The notes below the pieces were generated by a model. The model saw only the letters and a program-made list of their open reading frames with translations, had not been told where the DNA came from and did not search any database. Made by a program: the position numbers and the translations under genes. This document shows positions 37,390-51,008 of a DNA stretch of 64,000 bases, in pieces (positions within the stretch are counted from its first letter, which is position 1; each line of letters starts with the position of its first letter). This stretch comes from Moniliella sp. 'wahieum' (lineage: Eukaryota), in contig RSEE01000008.1 of assembly GCA_003971905.1 (NCBI GenBank), positions 558,001 to 622,000 on the forward strand. Direction: 5' to 3'.

Positions 37390-39089
37390 TCACGCCCACT
37401 TGGCTGCGGCCGAGATGGAGGGTTGCAGGGGAGACTTGAGCAGCCCATGCGGATGAGAAAGTTGAGACTGTTGTCCGGGGAGAAAGATGGAGGGGGCGGG
37501 GGTGAAGGCGCTAGGGGAGAGAATGTCCATAGAAGTGCAGGCCGATGTGGAGCTGGCAGAAGAGTAGGAGAGACGCGGGACCTCGCCTACGCTAGGCCCG
37601 GTGCTACACCGCGAGGCGGAGGGGGGAAAACTGTGAAACCCCCCCGCCGAGGAGGAGCTAGGCGTGTACCCGGTCCCATTGGACGGTCGGGCGGGGGAGA
37701 TGGAAGCACGGTGGCTGGAGGTGCGGGACGTGCGCGTGGCAGCCGTCACGGGCGGGCCACCAATCGTCGACGCGCGAGACGAACGCGGGGGAACCAAGAG
37801 GGGATCCCTGAACTCGGCCGAGCAGCCCGTTCACTGTACGTCCGCGCCGGTTGCACCATATGCGCTCGGGGCGAAGTGCTACTGCTGGCAGCACTCAAGC
37901 TGTGCCGTCCGGGTTGCTGCTGCGGCGAGGGAAAGGTACCACTGATGGGAGCCGACAAGCGCCAACTGGCCCGAGACCGAGGCGGGGCACCTTCGTCGTA
38001 CAGTGGTGCCACTGCCGCCGTGCCGACGGCCGAGGAAGTGGCCCGAGGCGAGCGCGGTGCAACGCAGGCGAGATAAAGGTAATGTTCCAAGTTGGTAGTG
38101 GGGTCGTTGAGCGACTTGGTAAACGCGGCCAGCTCCGTCGGGTCGACATTGACCTTGTAGTTGAGGAAGCCAAACAGTTCCCGCTCCATGTGGTTGATCT
38201 CCTCGAGCGAAAAGAGGCCCTGGCCAACGATGGTCCAGCTCTTGTTGCTGTACGTGTCGTCACAGATGGACTTGCTGGAGAGCATCATGGCGCTAATGAA
38301 GAGGGGGTGACCACTGCTGCCCCGAGCGGCGGGGAAGTGCTGCTTGAGACGCTTGAGGAGATAGAGGGTATGGTACGTCACCTCCTCGGGAAGGCGGGTG
38401 CGGTACAGCGCATAGGCGACAAATTGGGCCAGTTGGGGCGCCGGCTTTTGCGAAGCACCCACCCTGGGAGCCGATCCGTCACGGCTCGTGCTGGGGCAGC
38501 CAAACAGGAGATTGACAAACCGTTCGCACAAGAGCGAAATATCTGCCGGGGGGGAGCGGAAGAAGAAAGACAGGGGGATCACCCGGTCAGCGCTGCTGAG
38601 CACTTTTTTTTTTTTTTTCTCACAAGCCCCGACAGGGTAAAAGAAAGGGGTGCGGTGACAGCCACAGGCGTGGCTGTCACATGTCACACCAAGTCATACC
38701 CGATGAAGGCGGGGAAGCGGAGGAAAGAACGTACCCCTGAATCCGTAATAGGGATCATAGTCACGCTTGCGCTCGGACTTGGTCGTCGACGATGCCTGGG
38801 CAGAGGCAGATGAGGACGACGGGCGCGTGGCTGGCGGGGCTCGAGACGTCTTTTCGGGGACGGTGGACGCAGGCGGGAGATGGCCGAGGCGGAGGCAGCG
38901 GATGGGTCGCGGCGATGGAAGAAGGTGCGAGCGGTTGTCGGGGGTGGCGGCAGCTGGCGCGGCGGAGGCGTTAGCGGACGCGATGGCAACCGCTGCTCCG
39001 GCACTGGAGCGGGCCGAGGTGCTGGCATGGCGCACACGGCGGGCGGAGGAGGAGCGGGTGGCCCAGGCCGGTACAGACACAGCAGCCAT
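37390..39089 (-). CDS. PHO85-type cyclin (PCL/PHO80 family)
   Basis: Exon 1 ends DYDPYYGFR, followed by intron 38543-38734. Exon 2 reads DISLLCERFVNLLFGCP...FVAYALYRTRL...LYLLKRLK...LFISAMMLSSKSICDDTYSNKSW...EINHMERELFGFLNY. A Ser/Pro-rich tail follows a frameshift. Confidence 0.88.
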
Positions 39090-39440
39090 GACGGATGGAT
39101 GCACGAGGAGGGAGCGCCGGAGGGTGTGGGTGGTGCTGGTGCTGGTGGCGGTGGTGGTGCTGGGGGGGATGGGAAAGAGGAGGAAGGAGAGGGTCGGACC
39201 GACAGGAGGCGGGACGGAGAGGAGTTAGTTATAGGCGCGTGGGTGCGGCGTGCGCCGAGGCAGAGCGCAGGGCAGCCCGGGGGCCGCAGGCAGGCGCAGG
39301 CGCACCCTGGGCCGGCCACACCCCACACTGACCCCGCCCGGCACGGCACCACAGCTCCTGGGTCTCAGTGTGCAATGCAATCTCCCCTCCGAAGCTTCTG
39401 CCAGGCACTCTGCCCGGGCCCTGGCCAGCGCGGCCACACG

Positions 39441-39532
39441 CCTGCCTGCGCTGCCCTGCGCCCGCCTGCGCCCGCCTGCGCCCTCCTGCGCCCCCTGCGC
39501 CTGCCTGCGCCTGCCTGCGCCTGCCTGCGCCC
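39441..39532. repeat. GC-rich ~10-bp tandem repeat (CCTGCGCCYG)x~9 upstream of the cyclin
   Basis: Read directly. Confidence 0.85.
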
Positions 39533-39659
39533 TGTGCTGGGGTGCCACACCCACACCTTGCCCCGTGCGTTGCCTCCGGCGCGCGTCATCCATCACCCGC
39601 TCAGCGCTCGACCTCAGCGCCAACCCCCTGCCGACCCCCTGCAGATTGCATCGCCTGAA

Positions 39660-42600
39660 TCAGCGATCGACAATCGCCGATCATCGATCATCGACCATCA
39701 TCCATCCATCATCGATCATCCTCATGCATCCTCGATCACCCATCGTGCATCAGCGGCAGGCGCCCCGGCCAGTGCACTGGTGCAGTTGCCACCCGCCAGA
39801 GAATGCACCGGGTACGCCACACCACGCCACGCCCCTCCACGCCACGCCACACCCCCCACCCATCGCACACCGCCGGTCGCACACCCACCGTCCCAGCGTG
39901 TACCCTGGCGCACCACGGGTGGGCCGCGTGCGCTGGCCTACCCTGGCCAACCCACGCCTACCCACCCCTACCCTGCTAACTGGAACGCCACGTAGGCCCT
40001 CTTCTTGCAGCTTGCAGGCGGCCTAGCATAGATCATCCATGCTCCGCCGCGCGTCCGTGTCAGCCGTTCCTTGCCTGCCCTGTGGGACGAAGCGCGAGGG
40101 CGCTCCTGCAGGTTCCTGCCTCTTTTACTGCCTGGGGTGCAGTTTGAACGCTCCTCATGCATCGATTGTCGATCATCCATCATCGCACAGTTTGTGAGCC
40201 GCATTTCCGGGCGCATGGTGGCTTGCAGCTGGCAGGACTTGGGCCATGGCGTCAGTCTTCCAGCTTGAGCCGTCTGGGTTGCATCCTGGTAAGTATGCCG
40301 ATCAGCATGCCGTGGATACAGTCAGCGTCGTGCGGAGGCACCCAGCAAGCGCCAAAAGCGCGTAGGCTAACCGCTAAGCGCCTGAGCCTCAGGCCTCGCA
40401 CACCATGCCGGACTAGGCCCTACTACCTACTAGGCATCCAGCTCATTCACACGCCGCCAGAGATCTGATATCTGAGGACGAGCGTGGAGGAGCGCGGAGC
40501 CTGGAGGAGGCTTCAACTACCTTAAACCCTGCCGCTGCCTGCCCTCGACACGTCCAACATAACTTTTGAAAACATCCAATATCCAGAGCTTCCGCCTTCC
40601 ACGTCTTCCCCTCCCAGGCCCCAAAACTCACACTCATGTCACACTCACCGCCACATATCATGTATCACATGATACGCCACATGTCACACGCCAATCACCG
40701 TGTATCACGCTTTGGTTACCCTACTCGCAGCTTCTCGCGGTTGCCAGGTATTGCACAATGCTCTCACAATTCGCGCAGTTCGTTGTTGTGCACACTCTCC
40801 AGGACGATGATGTTCGGCCGTTCTTTGTTATCTTGGCATCGGCCTATCTCGCGCCTGTCTCTTCCCTCAGGGCATCAGCGCCTGCAGTGCGCCAGCGGCT
40901 CTTTTCTCCGGCGTCGCTTTTTTCGGACGGCGCTTTCATCCGCCGCGCGTCTATATCCCCCCGTAGACCATGCGTCCCAAACAGCGTCACAGTCTCTCTC
41001 AACTGGCCGCCATGCAATCTTCCCACAGCTGCGGGAATCCTTTCAACAGCTCGCGGGTCCACGTGATGACGAGTTACCTAGTTACTAATTACTAGTTTAC
41101 TACTAACCAACTCAGCCGCGCACTCACGGTACTCACGTGTCACATGTCACGCCCTGTCACAACTACCACGCTCTCCTGGTCTGGCGTGGTTTCTCTCCCG
41201 CTCGACGCGTTACGCGTTGCGCGTTAGGCGTTATTGGACCCTAGGTGTTAAGCGTTTTTACCACATAACCCGTTTCCTTTTTTCAATGTTCCTGGGCACT
41301 ATCGTATAGTGTTGGATCTTCTGGCAGGCGTCCATCGCTATTGCGTGTCGCCACACCTCAGACCTCACGCCAGTCACGCAGTACTAGTGCAGATAGTTTT
41401 TACTGATACCGAGTATCGAGTGAAGTCTGAGGTCTGTGGCAAGATCCAATCTTCGTCTCGCGCACTAGGCCTTTTCAGACAGCGCCGCAACAAAGCAACC
41501 ATATACCCTAGGCTCCGCCGTCTTGGTCGCTGGGCCAGTGCTCAGCGCTCAACCGCTGCCGCGGTGCCGGGCCCACGTAGCCTGGCAAAATTTGACTTGT
41601 CGAATGGGCGGGTGGGTCGCGTGGCGGTGGCGGACTGTGGGGTGTGGCTACGGTGTGCGCGGCGCCCAGGTGCGCTATAGTAGGTGCACTCTGGTGGTGC
41701 GCTTCGTGGCCGGTGGCCCCCAATTCAACATGGCTCCACGGCCCCCGTTGAAGGCTACCGTACACGTACGCACATGGGCGAAGTGCTAACGCGTTGCACG
41801 TTACACGCTAAGTACGTTAATCGTTAAACCCGCGTCTACTACACGGTATGCATGGTATGCACAGTGCATCATGTGCATCATGCATCATGCATCATGCATC
41901 AGGTCCCGGGCTGAGACCTGAGCCTCAGGTGCCACACAACATACATCAGATAGGACTGGTGACATCACAGGTGGCCATGCGATTGCATACCGTAGAATCG
42001 GGCCGACCGGAGCATTAGGCCGCGGTGGGCCACCGAGTCGTGGTGTTGTAGCGTACTGGGGCGTGGCGTCGCCCGGTGCGTGGCAGAGCAGGGGCTGCGC
42101 GAGAGGGCGGAGCGTGACGCACGGAGGGAGTGTGGCCTATCACGCAGGGCCGTCGGGACTGATCAACTTGACAGATCTGTGGCTGCCGGGTGCGCTTTTT
42201 TGCTCCGCACCGGAGTATAGGATGCGTGCTACAGCGAGTGACGAGCTAGTGACTACTGACGTGGAATGTCACATGTCACATGTCACATGTCACATATCAC
42301 AAGCCACATGCCACCTGTCACGTCTCAGGAGATTCGCGTCACGGAGACATGTTGAATTGGAGCCACATCTGTGATGCCTGTGACATATGAATTCCAGAGC
42401 CACATGTGATGGTGGTAGGTATATAGCAGCCCCTAGTTACTAGTTCGGCCGCATCTTCGTGTCAAGGATGGTGTGGGATGGCGGATGGCGAGGCAGGTAG
42501 GGTGTAGCATATCCAGCAAATGCTGCGAGCCCTCGCCTGTCGTCGCTCCCCGCAGTGCGGAGTGCTCGTGGTGGGTGCAGGTACTGCACCCCCCTTTTCA

Positions 42601-45055
42601 TCCTGTCCTACACAATTTTCTCTGGGAGCTCAGGCTGAGCAGCGCTCCGCCTGAGCGCCGCGCATCACGTGCCACAATGAATCGCACGCGTCATCGTCGG
42701 CATAATTGATCCTTCTTTGCTCTCCAAGAAACCCATTCTCGATTCTCCATTCTTCCAACCTCCGTCTTTCTGCGCGGAGCACGCAGGCACCGCGGCAAGA
42801 AGGCGGGCAGTGTGCGAGGCATTGCATGCTCCCCCACGTCCGAGCCATAATAGCTGGTCACCGGTCACTAGGATCTGTATCCGCGCATCCGACATCATGT
42901 TGCATCATGCATCAGGCCTCAGGCCTCAGCTGAGGCCTCATGTGCATCGGGCCCAGGTCGATCCCAACATCAGGCCATCAGGCCTATCAGGCCCTGCCCA
43001 GGCTAGGCCTGAGGCCCCTGAGGCCCGAGGCCGGATGCAGGCCTGATGCGCCTGATGCACCTGGTGCCTGGGTCTGAGGGGCCTGAGTGAGGGATGCATG
43101 ATGGAGGGTCGTTAATCGATAATCACTCAATTGCTGACTGTACCGTCGAGTATTGTAGTGGCGTCCTGGTCCATCCGGCTATGGACACCGCATGGATGCT
43201 AAAGCGTTTAGAACAGCAGCGCAGGCGATCGATTGCGGGTGAGATGGGCATTGATGGTAGGAAGTAGGACGAGGGCTACAGGAGAAGGTTTGGCTTATGC
43301 GGGTACGCGCGCCGGAGCCCGCGGAGCCTCGGGGCTAGTGAGGCCAGGCTGGAAGTGCACCGCGATCGGTGAGGCTAGTCACCGTGGCAACAGTATACCA
43401 AGTACTGAGATACTCAGACTGAGTTGCCATTAATGGACTGAGCGAGTACTGGGTGCCTGAGATATGTCAGCCGGAGGTGCGAGGACAGGACACATACCGC
43501 ATGGGCGCGCTGCCCTGACTCATACACTCTTGATTAATCGTAACGCGTGTAGCGCGTAATCGACGTAAGATTGGTGTTGATCGAGTTGATCGGTTGAGCG
43601 GTGAGCGGTGAGCGCGTGAGCGACAGATGATCGATCGGTGGAATTAGCGATCCCGCCTTCTTGGGCGATCATATGGATCCGGCCTCTGAAGAGCTGGAAG
43701 CTTCAAAGCCCAGAGGCCCCCACGCCCCCAGTCCCTCAAGGGCATCAGGCCCTCAGGGGTCTCAGGGTGCTCACGCGCTACGAGCGATCCTCGTCAGCTT
43801 AACCACGGCGAAAACCGTACTCTACCCTACTCTATCGGCCAGCCCCCGCACAAGAGAGCCCATACTACATACATACTCATCCATATCTCAGATCTCACAT
43901 CTCGCAACCCCGATAGGTACCTTTTAATAGAGCGCGTCACGCCTCATCAGGGCCTCAGGGCCTTTTAGCTGCTAAGGCCCTAAAGGCCTAGGGGGCTTAA
44001 TTCAGACGTAACGCGTAACGCATACTAAGGGCCGTAAGGCGTAAGGCATAAGGGATTCTCAGCACGCTCAGCGCTGCTCGCAACGCTCACAGGGTCACAT
44101 GTCACTTGTCAGGAGGCCACAGGAGAGGACGTCTCTTGGCCTTCGTCGGTTGCCGGGCCTCTGGCCCTCAGGGCCTCAGGTCCTTCTCGATTGTTCGACG
44201 GCCCTCCATGTCAGGGCTTCCTGTTGTCAGGGCCTTCGGGTATGCCAGGTATCCCCTCGGGCGCGTTAGGAGGGGGCGTTAGGGAGGCCTCGCGCGCCTC
44301 AGGGCCTCAAAAAGTGGGAGCGTCAGACTTGAGTACGTTGAGTCCCTTAGGCCTCGGGGGCTGCCGGGACGGTGGGACCTGTCCATATATGTCAGCGCGT
44401 CAGCCCATGGCCAGGGAGGGCATATTGGAAGGAATGAACCGGCAGGACCCGGGCTTGAGCTATTACCAGCGCCACTCCGCCAGTGTGGGCGACAGGGGAG
44501 GGAAGGGTAGAGCTGGCAGACGATGGAATATGGAGGGCAAAAGGGAGAAGGAAAAAGACCGAGTGTCGCGGCGGCCTCAGTCAGTGGTGTCTGTCTCGCT
44601 TTTGTCCATTCTGTGGCGCAGCTCTAGCAAAGTTTTTAGTGCTGAGAGCGTGCGCTCTAAGATTTAACGCAAGGCTTAGCGCTTAGCAAGCTCAAGTGGC
44701 GCCGAGTAGCACTTGCGCCTTAAAGCTTAGTATGTGATGTTTAGCCTTGGTACTTATTGTACGATGAAGCTTATTGGAGCTTGACTAGCTCGACGCTTGA
44801 GAGCGCAAAGCCTATGGGACTGGGGCCTCAGGCCCTTGAAGCCATAGAAGCTTGAAGCTCGAAGCTTGCTTTTGGGGTCTGAGGTTCTGAGTTCTGTGGC
44901 GGATGCATGATGTATACATGGCGCAGGTGAGATCGACGGCAAAACTGGCTGGCGTCGGTACTTGAAGCTCCAAGCTCCAAGCTCCAAAAGCTCGAAGCTC
45001 CAAGCTCCAAGCCTGCTGTTCACAAGCGCAAAGCTCTAATCTACAAAGCTCCAAC
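39660..45055. repeat. Gene-free region dense in 7-bp-period palindromic micro-arrays
   Basis: (TGCATCA)4 at 41874-41901, (ATGTCAC)4 at 42266-42293, TCAGGCCTCAGGCCTCA at 42912-42928, ACGCGTTACGCGTT at 41205-41218, ATCATCGATCATCGA at 39680-39694, AAGCTCC/AAGCTTG runs at 44847-45012. Confidence 0.8.
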
Positions 45056-45677
45056 CTCCGTGTGGCTGGCACGAGCGGGCCCTGTCTCTGATGGACGCCT
45101 GGCTCCTCTGTGCGTGGCGCTCTGATGTTTATTCGTCTCACACACCCGCGGCTGAATCAGCCGTACAGAGTATAACCGGCCGTGGTTATAACATCCGCGC
45201 CCCCCATAGGCCTCGGGGCCTCAGGCTCTCCGGACCAATATGATGCAAACGATGACAGGAGGCGGGGGAGAGGAGCGAGGAGGGCTTGGGTATACTTGGG
45301 TCGCTGCCTGTCACTGCTCTCTGGTACCCTGGATGTGGGACACGGACATGCCATTGCACGTTGCAGCGTCACCTTCATGCTCCAAAGGTTGACCAGCCAA
45401 CCAAGACCAAAATGCAAGAAGCAGACTCAACGCGTATGATGCGGACCATCTCTCACCTCCTCCCTCCCACTCACCTCACCAGTTCACTAGTGAGCCTGCC
45501 CACTAAGCCTCCCTCCTCACTTTTTGCATATTGGCGTTGTAACATGGGAGTTGCGGGGACTAGAATGATATCGATTAGCTCGCGTAGCCCCATAGCAAGC
45601 TCCTGGACGAGGCAGGCCGGTCTAATCTGGGCGGTCTACCTCGTACCGTACACGCATCGTGCCTGCTGAATCCGTAC

Positions 45678-48042
45678 TCATCGAGCCAGCCGATCATCCT
45701 CCATGTCCTGCAGCGCGATCTGCTCCCATGGGGGGTGAGGGTCATGCCGATGTTCGCGCGCATAGTGAGCACGCGCATACTCCTCTCGCATCCGATGGTC
45801 CGCACGCGCATCGCTCGCCGCGACGGTTGCCCCGCTTGCGCCGGGAGGCTCTAGGCCTGTGCTCCCCGCGGCCAGCGGGGACAGCGGCAGGAAGCCCACT
45901 CCGGGGAGGGCGGACGAGAGGGAATGGGGGTGCAGGTGCCGGAGCGCAACACGGCGCCAGCAAGGGCAGGACGACTGGTGCTGGTCGCCTCGGTGTCTTC
46001 GGGGGTAGGCGGACGGGTGGGCACCCAGCTGGTGGAAAAGGGGACAGCACTTGCGCCCGTCAGTGGGGTCGTGGCCAGGCGCGGACTGCCACGGTTGCGC
46101 GACAGACTACTGCCCCCCTTGCGACGCAGCAGGCCTCCCAGCGCACCCAAGGGCGGAGGAAGCGAATAGATCAAGCGCGCACGCAATTGCCGTCGCGCCG
46201 ACGGCCGCATCCGCCCAACTCTCCACACGAGCAGGACCAGCAGCAACAGCGCCAGCAAAATAAAGATCACGACGTGACTGCTGTACAATATTGGGAGCGC
46301 GCGCACTAGTTCGGGAGCAGGCGCAGGTGCAGGCGCAGGCGCGGAAACTGTGATGGTCGTCTGTACGTCCTGGGTGAATGTGGTAATAGGGGTGGGAACA
46401 ATGACTTGGGTGGTTCGTGCAAGGTCGGGGGATGCTGATGAGGATGGTGGAGAGACGGGGGACGGGGAAGCTGGATGAGGTTCGATGGACGTTTTGGGTC
46501 GCCGGTGTTTGGTGAGCCAGTTCCAGAGCGGGATCCAGTTGCCCAAGCCAGGAGCATTGTCGCCCACTTGTCCCGCCACGTCCACCGGTACGTCTGCCAG
46601 CGATCCAGGTGCGGGCGGTATGGACCCAGCCGCCTCGAGCACGGCCTTACCCAGTGTCCACGACACGGAAAGTCCATGCACATCGTTGACACTCTGGAAC
46701 AAGAGGTTTTTGTCCTCGGCCTTATCTTGAGCGGCGGTTGCGTGGACAATGTGGGACGTATTCCCTGTCCCGGTTAGATGGCGCGGCAGGCCAATCCCTT
46801 CGTGGAGGACGGTCGTCATCCATGCCGCTTTGAAGCACTGCATTTTCACGCGTCCTTCGTCCACCGTGGACGCATATTTTCCTTGCTCATAGTTGGACTT
46901 GAGGCGGGACCAAGGGGAGGCGCAATAGTCCACTGCAGCTTGCTGGAAGCCCGCCCAGTCGTATACGCCCCCGAGTCGGAAAATGTCATGGGAGGAATAC
47001 CAGTACTCGCTGCGCCGATAAAGTGATTGACACTAAAGTCGATCGTGGGAACGTGCACGCCATAGAAAAGGCAGGGCGGGCGAGCACATTCGGCTTCCTT
47101 GCGCAACAGAGGTTTGAGCACTTCCAGACACTTTTCAAACGACCCACTGCCCCGTAGGACGCCAGTGCCGTGCGCCACATCCAACCCGCGTGGCAGACAG
47201 GGATCCTCCCTGTCCCCGCTTCCACCGATCGCCTCCGTGTACCGTTCTCGTGCTTGGTTCGTCCCAAAGCCAAGAAATGTGGTGACAAACACATTGGGGT
47301 GAGCGTCGGTGCCATCGAGAAGGCGGAGATTGATCGTTGTCAGCTCGTCCTCCTGACGAGCCTCCTCGCCCCCGCCCGACAGGGCGAGTGCTGCCGGTGA
47401 AGGCTCAAACGCAATCTGTGTGCTGGCGCCACCCATATCGAGGAAGCCATATTTGGATTGGGGCTGGGCCGCGGCCACCGGATCGTTGGCGTTGGTGGGG
47501 AAGCGGAAGCCGTCCATGAGATAGTTGGTTGTAATCCAGCCCAGCAGGCCCTCCTGCTCCCCGGTGATGACCTGGACGTGCTGCCGGCAAGCGGCTTGGG
47601 ACGAGCCGACATCAAAGGGGGTGCGGTTGATGAGGTAGGTGCAGGTGCGGCCCAGCAGCGCTTCGCGCTGCCAGTCGGGCAGGAGACGCAGGCCGGCGGT
47701 GGCCAAGACGTAGACGGGGGTCTGGGCCAGCTGGGCGCGGGGCACGACCGAGCGCGCATGGGTAAAGAGCGGATCCAAGTACGCGTCGACCTTGTCGGGC
47801 GTCTCGGCCAGCGCGCTGAGGCCGGGCTCGACCTTGAGCTGCCACGCCTGGGCGCTGCCGGGGGGGGTGCCCTTCTCGACGGCGGGCAGGACGCGGGGGG
47901 AGTGGCGGGAGCGGATGCGGTCGGCGCGCTGGAGACGCACGTCGCGCCACGAGTACACCTGCACGCGCGAGCCGCTGCTGCCGGCATCGACGACGACGAC
48001 GTAGCGCCGGTCCCGCGTCCAGGGCGAGGCGGCCGGCGGCAT
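45678..48042 (-). CDS. YND1: Golgi apyrase / nucleoside phosphatase, GDA1/CD39 family
   Basis: ACR motifs VVVDAGSSGSRV, VLATAGLRLL, VITGEQEGLLGW, GFLDMGGASTQIAF and SWTLG; QCFKAAW; C-terminal TM segment and cytosolic tail. Frameshifts present. Confidence 0.92.
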
Positions 48043-48483
48043 GCGGGCGTGGCGGTGTGGGAGCCGGAATTAGGCTGGGCGCGGGCGGGCTTGGCGCCGA
48101 GGCGGCGCTGCGCTGCAGGGGGCTGGGCATAAGTGCATAAGTGCATAGGCTAGCGGCGGGAGCGGAACGGCGCGCAGCGGAACGGCGTGCGCGGCGAGGG
48201 GCGAGGCGCAGCAGGGGGCAGTGGTGCGGTCGCCGCGTGCCGCGTGCCGCGGGGCAGGAGGCGTGTGTGGCGGGGCGAGCGGCAGGGCCGGGGCGCTGGG
48301 CTGGGCTGCGCTGTGTGGGCTGGGCGGCGCTGTGCTGGGCTGCTGCCGCGCCTGCTCTGCTCGGCCTGGCTGCCCTCGCGCCTCGGCCCGCGACGATCCT
48401 CGAGCCCAGGGCAGGCCAGCCAGTAAGCAGCACGCCCCTCCAGTGCTCCCCCCCACCATTCCCTCCCCCCCCCCTCACTCACC

Positions 48484-49223
48484 ATGTCTGGCGTCATGCC
48501 CGCCCAGTTCTTGCGCGAGTACAAGTTGGTCGTCGTCGGCGGGGGCGGCGTCGGCAAGAGCGCGCTCACCATCCAGTTCATCCAGTCCCACTTTGTCGAC
48601 GAGTACGACCCCACCATTGAGGACTCGTACCGCAAGCAGTGTGTCATCGACGACGAGGTCCCCTCCTCGACGTCCTCGACACCGCCGGCCAGGAAGAGTA
48701 TTCGGCCATGCGCGAACAGTACATGCGCACCGGCGAGGGCTTCCTGCTGGTCTACTCGATCACCAGCCGCAACTCGTTCGACGAGATCTCCCTCTTCCAC
48801 CAGCAGATCCTCCGAGTCAAGGACAAGGACCGTTTCCCGGTCGTTGTCGTTGCCAACAAGTGCGACCTGGAGTACGAGCGGCAGGTCGGCTCCCACGAGG
48901 GCCGCGAGCTGGCCAAGATGTTTGGCTGCCGCTTCACCGAAACCAGCGCCAAGCAGCGCATCAATGTCGACGAGGCCTTCTATAACCTGGTCCGCGAGAT
49001 CCGCCGCTTCAACCGTGAGCAAGGCGCCGGGCATAGCGGATTGGGCGGCGCCGCGGGCTCCGGGTACGGTGCAGGCGCGGGTGTTGGCGCGGGTGCCGGG
49101 GCCGGGGCAGGCGCGGGCGGGCCGACCCAGTCCGGCGCCGGGATCGCTGGAGGGATGCAGCACATGCACACGGACGATGGCCACCAAAATGCTGGCTGCT
49201 GTGGCGGATGCATCATCCTCTAA
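48484..49223 (+). CDS. RAS1: Ras small GTPase (Ras1 type)
   Basis: [23 protein letters not shown]...[27 protein letters not shown]-terminal GCCGGCIIL (CAAX). One-base deletion at ~48660. Confidence 0.96.
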
Positions 49224-49916
49224 TCCATGCAATGGGTCCTGTGCCTGAATCCGCGCCCTTTGCCTTCCCTCGCCTTCCACTCCTCGATCTTCCCATCGCC
49301 CCGCTCCGCGTGTTGCCCAGCTCGCCCAAAAGACTATTCTGCTTCGTCGGGGAGCTTCTCACCCCGCCTCAGCGCATGGTCCCAGCCCCCTCCCCCCTTC
49401 TCGAAGGGATGGTTGGCTCTGGTGCTCCGCCTGTATACCACTCCCCTCTTTTCGCTCCTTTTGGCCCGGCTCCTTGACTTCTCTTTTCTTCATGGCGCTC
49501 CCAGTCTGGAGGCTAGCTTATTCGTCTGCTGGTTCTCTCGACCGTCCTGTCGTTTCTCTTTTTTTGTCCATCTTTTTTCCTGCCCCGGAATGGAGTCCCC
49601 TCCCAGCCGTTGGTTTTGGGGTCTTGTTATTAGCTTTGAGTTATCTGCACACCGCCATAGAGGGCACGCCTTTCTTGTCTCTTTCTCGCCTTGGTGCTTG
49701 AAGGTGGTTTGGTGCTGCGTATTGAATTCAACAACCCAACACCCAACGAGGGGGGAGCTCTGCACATAGGTTGTGCAAGCCAATCGCCCAACGCCCATCA
49801 GGGGTGCTTACCTAACATCCTCCGCGCCCTCCACGCCGACGCTTGGTACTTCGTCCCGCTTAGTTCTAGCCAGCGGACCACCACCACGGCACCCGCCCCT
49901 GTTCCCATCCTTTAGC

Positions 49917-50872
49917 ATGGCTCGCTCGCCTTCCTCCATGGGTGTACGCGAGCAGGACTTGTTCCTTGACTCGTCCATTCGGGATTGGGTTTTGATCCCG
50001 ATTACCATTGTCATGGTTCTGGTGGGTGTGCTACGGAGCAATGTGCTGCAGCTGCTGCAGAGTGCGCCCAAGCGCGGCCAGCTGGCCAAGATCCGGGAGC
50101 AACGTGTTTTGATTCGCTCTCAGGCACTACAATCCAACCTCTTCTACCTCCCTCCTGACGTCTTTCTCGCTCGCCGTCAGGCTCTCATCGACGCCTTTAC
50201 CAATGGCGACTACGTCGCTTCCTCCGACGAGGGCAAGACGGACGAGCCCAAGAACCCCATGGACGCTGCCAACATGGACGGCATGATGGGCATGCTGAAG
50301 AATAACATGGTCATGATGGTGCCTCAGACGGTCATCATGGGCTGGATCAACTTTTTCTTTAATGGCTTTGTCTTGAGTACGTCCGCCCCTTCCCCCCCCC
50401 CCTTTCGGCATCCCGCCTTGAGGCACGGCTGACCCTTCATCGAAGCACGACTGCCCTTTCCGCTCACGTTGCGCTTCAAGCCGATGATGCAGCGGGGAAT
50501 TGATACGCCCGATATGGACGTGGCATGGGTGTCGAGTTTGTCGTGGTACTTTCTCAACCTGTTTGGGCTGACTGCGGTGTACCGCCTGGTGCTTGGGGAC
50601 GATGCGGCGATGGCCGAGGGAGCGCGGGACATGGCTTCCATGGGCGCCATGTCGGCCGGAGCAGGTGGCATGCCCGCCATGCCTGGCGCGCCAGGCCCGG
50701 ACGCTGCCAAGCTCCAAGCGGGGGAGAAGGACAATCTGTCGATTGCGGCCGCTCCCACGCTCGCGGCGTTGGGCGCGATGGCGCGTGCACCTTCGCTCGG
50801 TGAGCCGCGCGCGCGCGCGCATGGGCAGGCGATGGAATCGAGGACCGCGTGCTGGCGCTGTATGAAGACTAA
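49917..50872 (+). CDS. EMC3: ER membrane protein complex subunit 3
   Basis: [46 protein letters not shown], an intron, [40 protein letters not shown], ending [12 protein letters not shown]. Confidence 0.95.
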
Positions 50873-51008
50873 GGCCAAGGGTACCCAGAGCGGGTCCAAT
50901 GTCACGTGTGCTACTCGTTGTTGAACTATGTGGTGGCTCATATCATGCACAGGGGGAGGCGTAGAACAGATAAAAGCAGCTTGCATTTTGGGACAAGAGG
51001 GAGCCGAT

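Noticed and set aside
36479..37399. 306-aa ORF with CPLSLVP repeats
   Set aside because: It is the translation of the (GGACAAG)9 microsatellite and pyrimidine-rich 3' flank of the cyclin.
38880..40026. Long ORFs 38880..39995 and 39250..40026
   Set aside because: GC-rich, low-complexity frames produced by the antisense of the cyclin exon and by the 10-bp tandem repeat; no protein-like features.
48484..49223. RAS1 or cyclophilin as pseudogenes or programmed frameshift genes
   Set aside because: The proteins are otherwise well conserved and the same indel pattern affects many genes in the window; assembly error is more parsimonious.
48150..49280. 376-aa minus-strand ORF over RAS1, and similar antisense ORFs over the RasGAP, YND1 and EMC3
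   Set aside because: Shadow ORFs expected from high GC3 codon bias on the sense gene.
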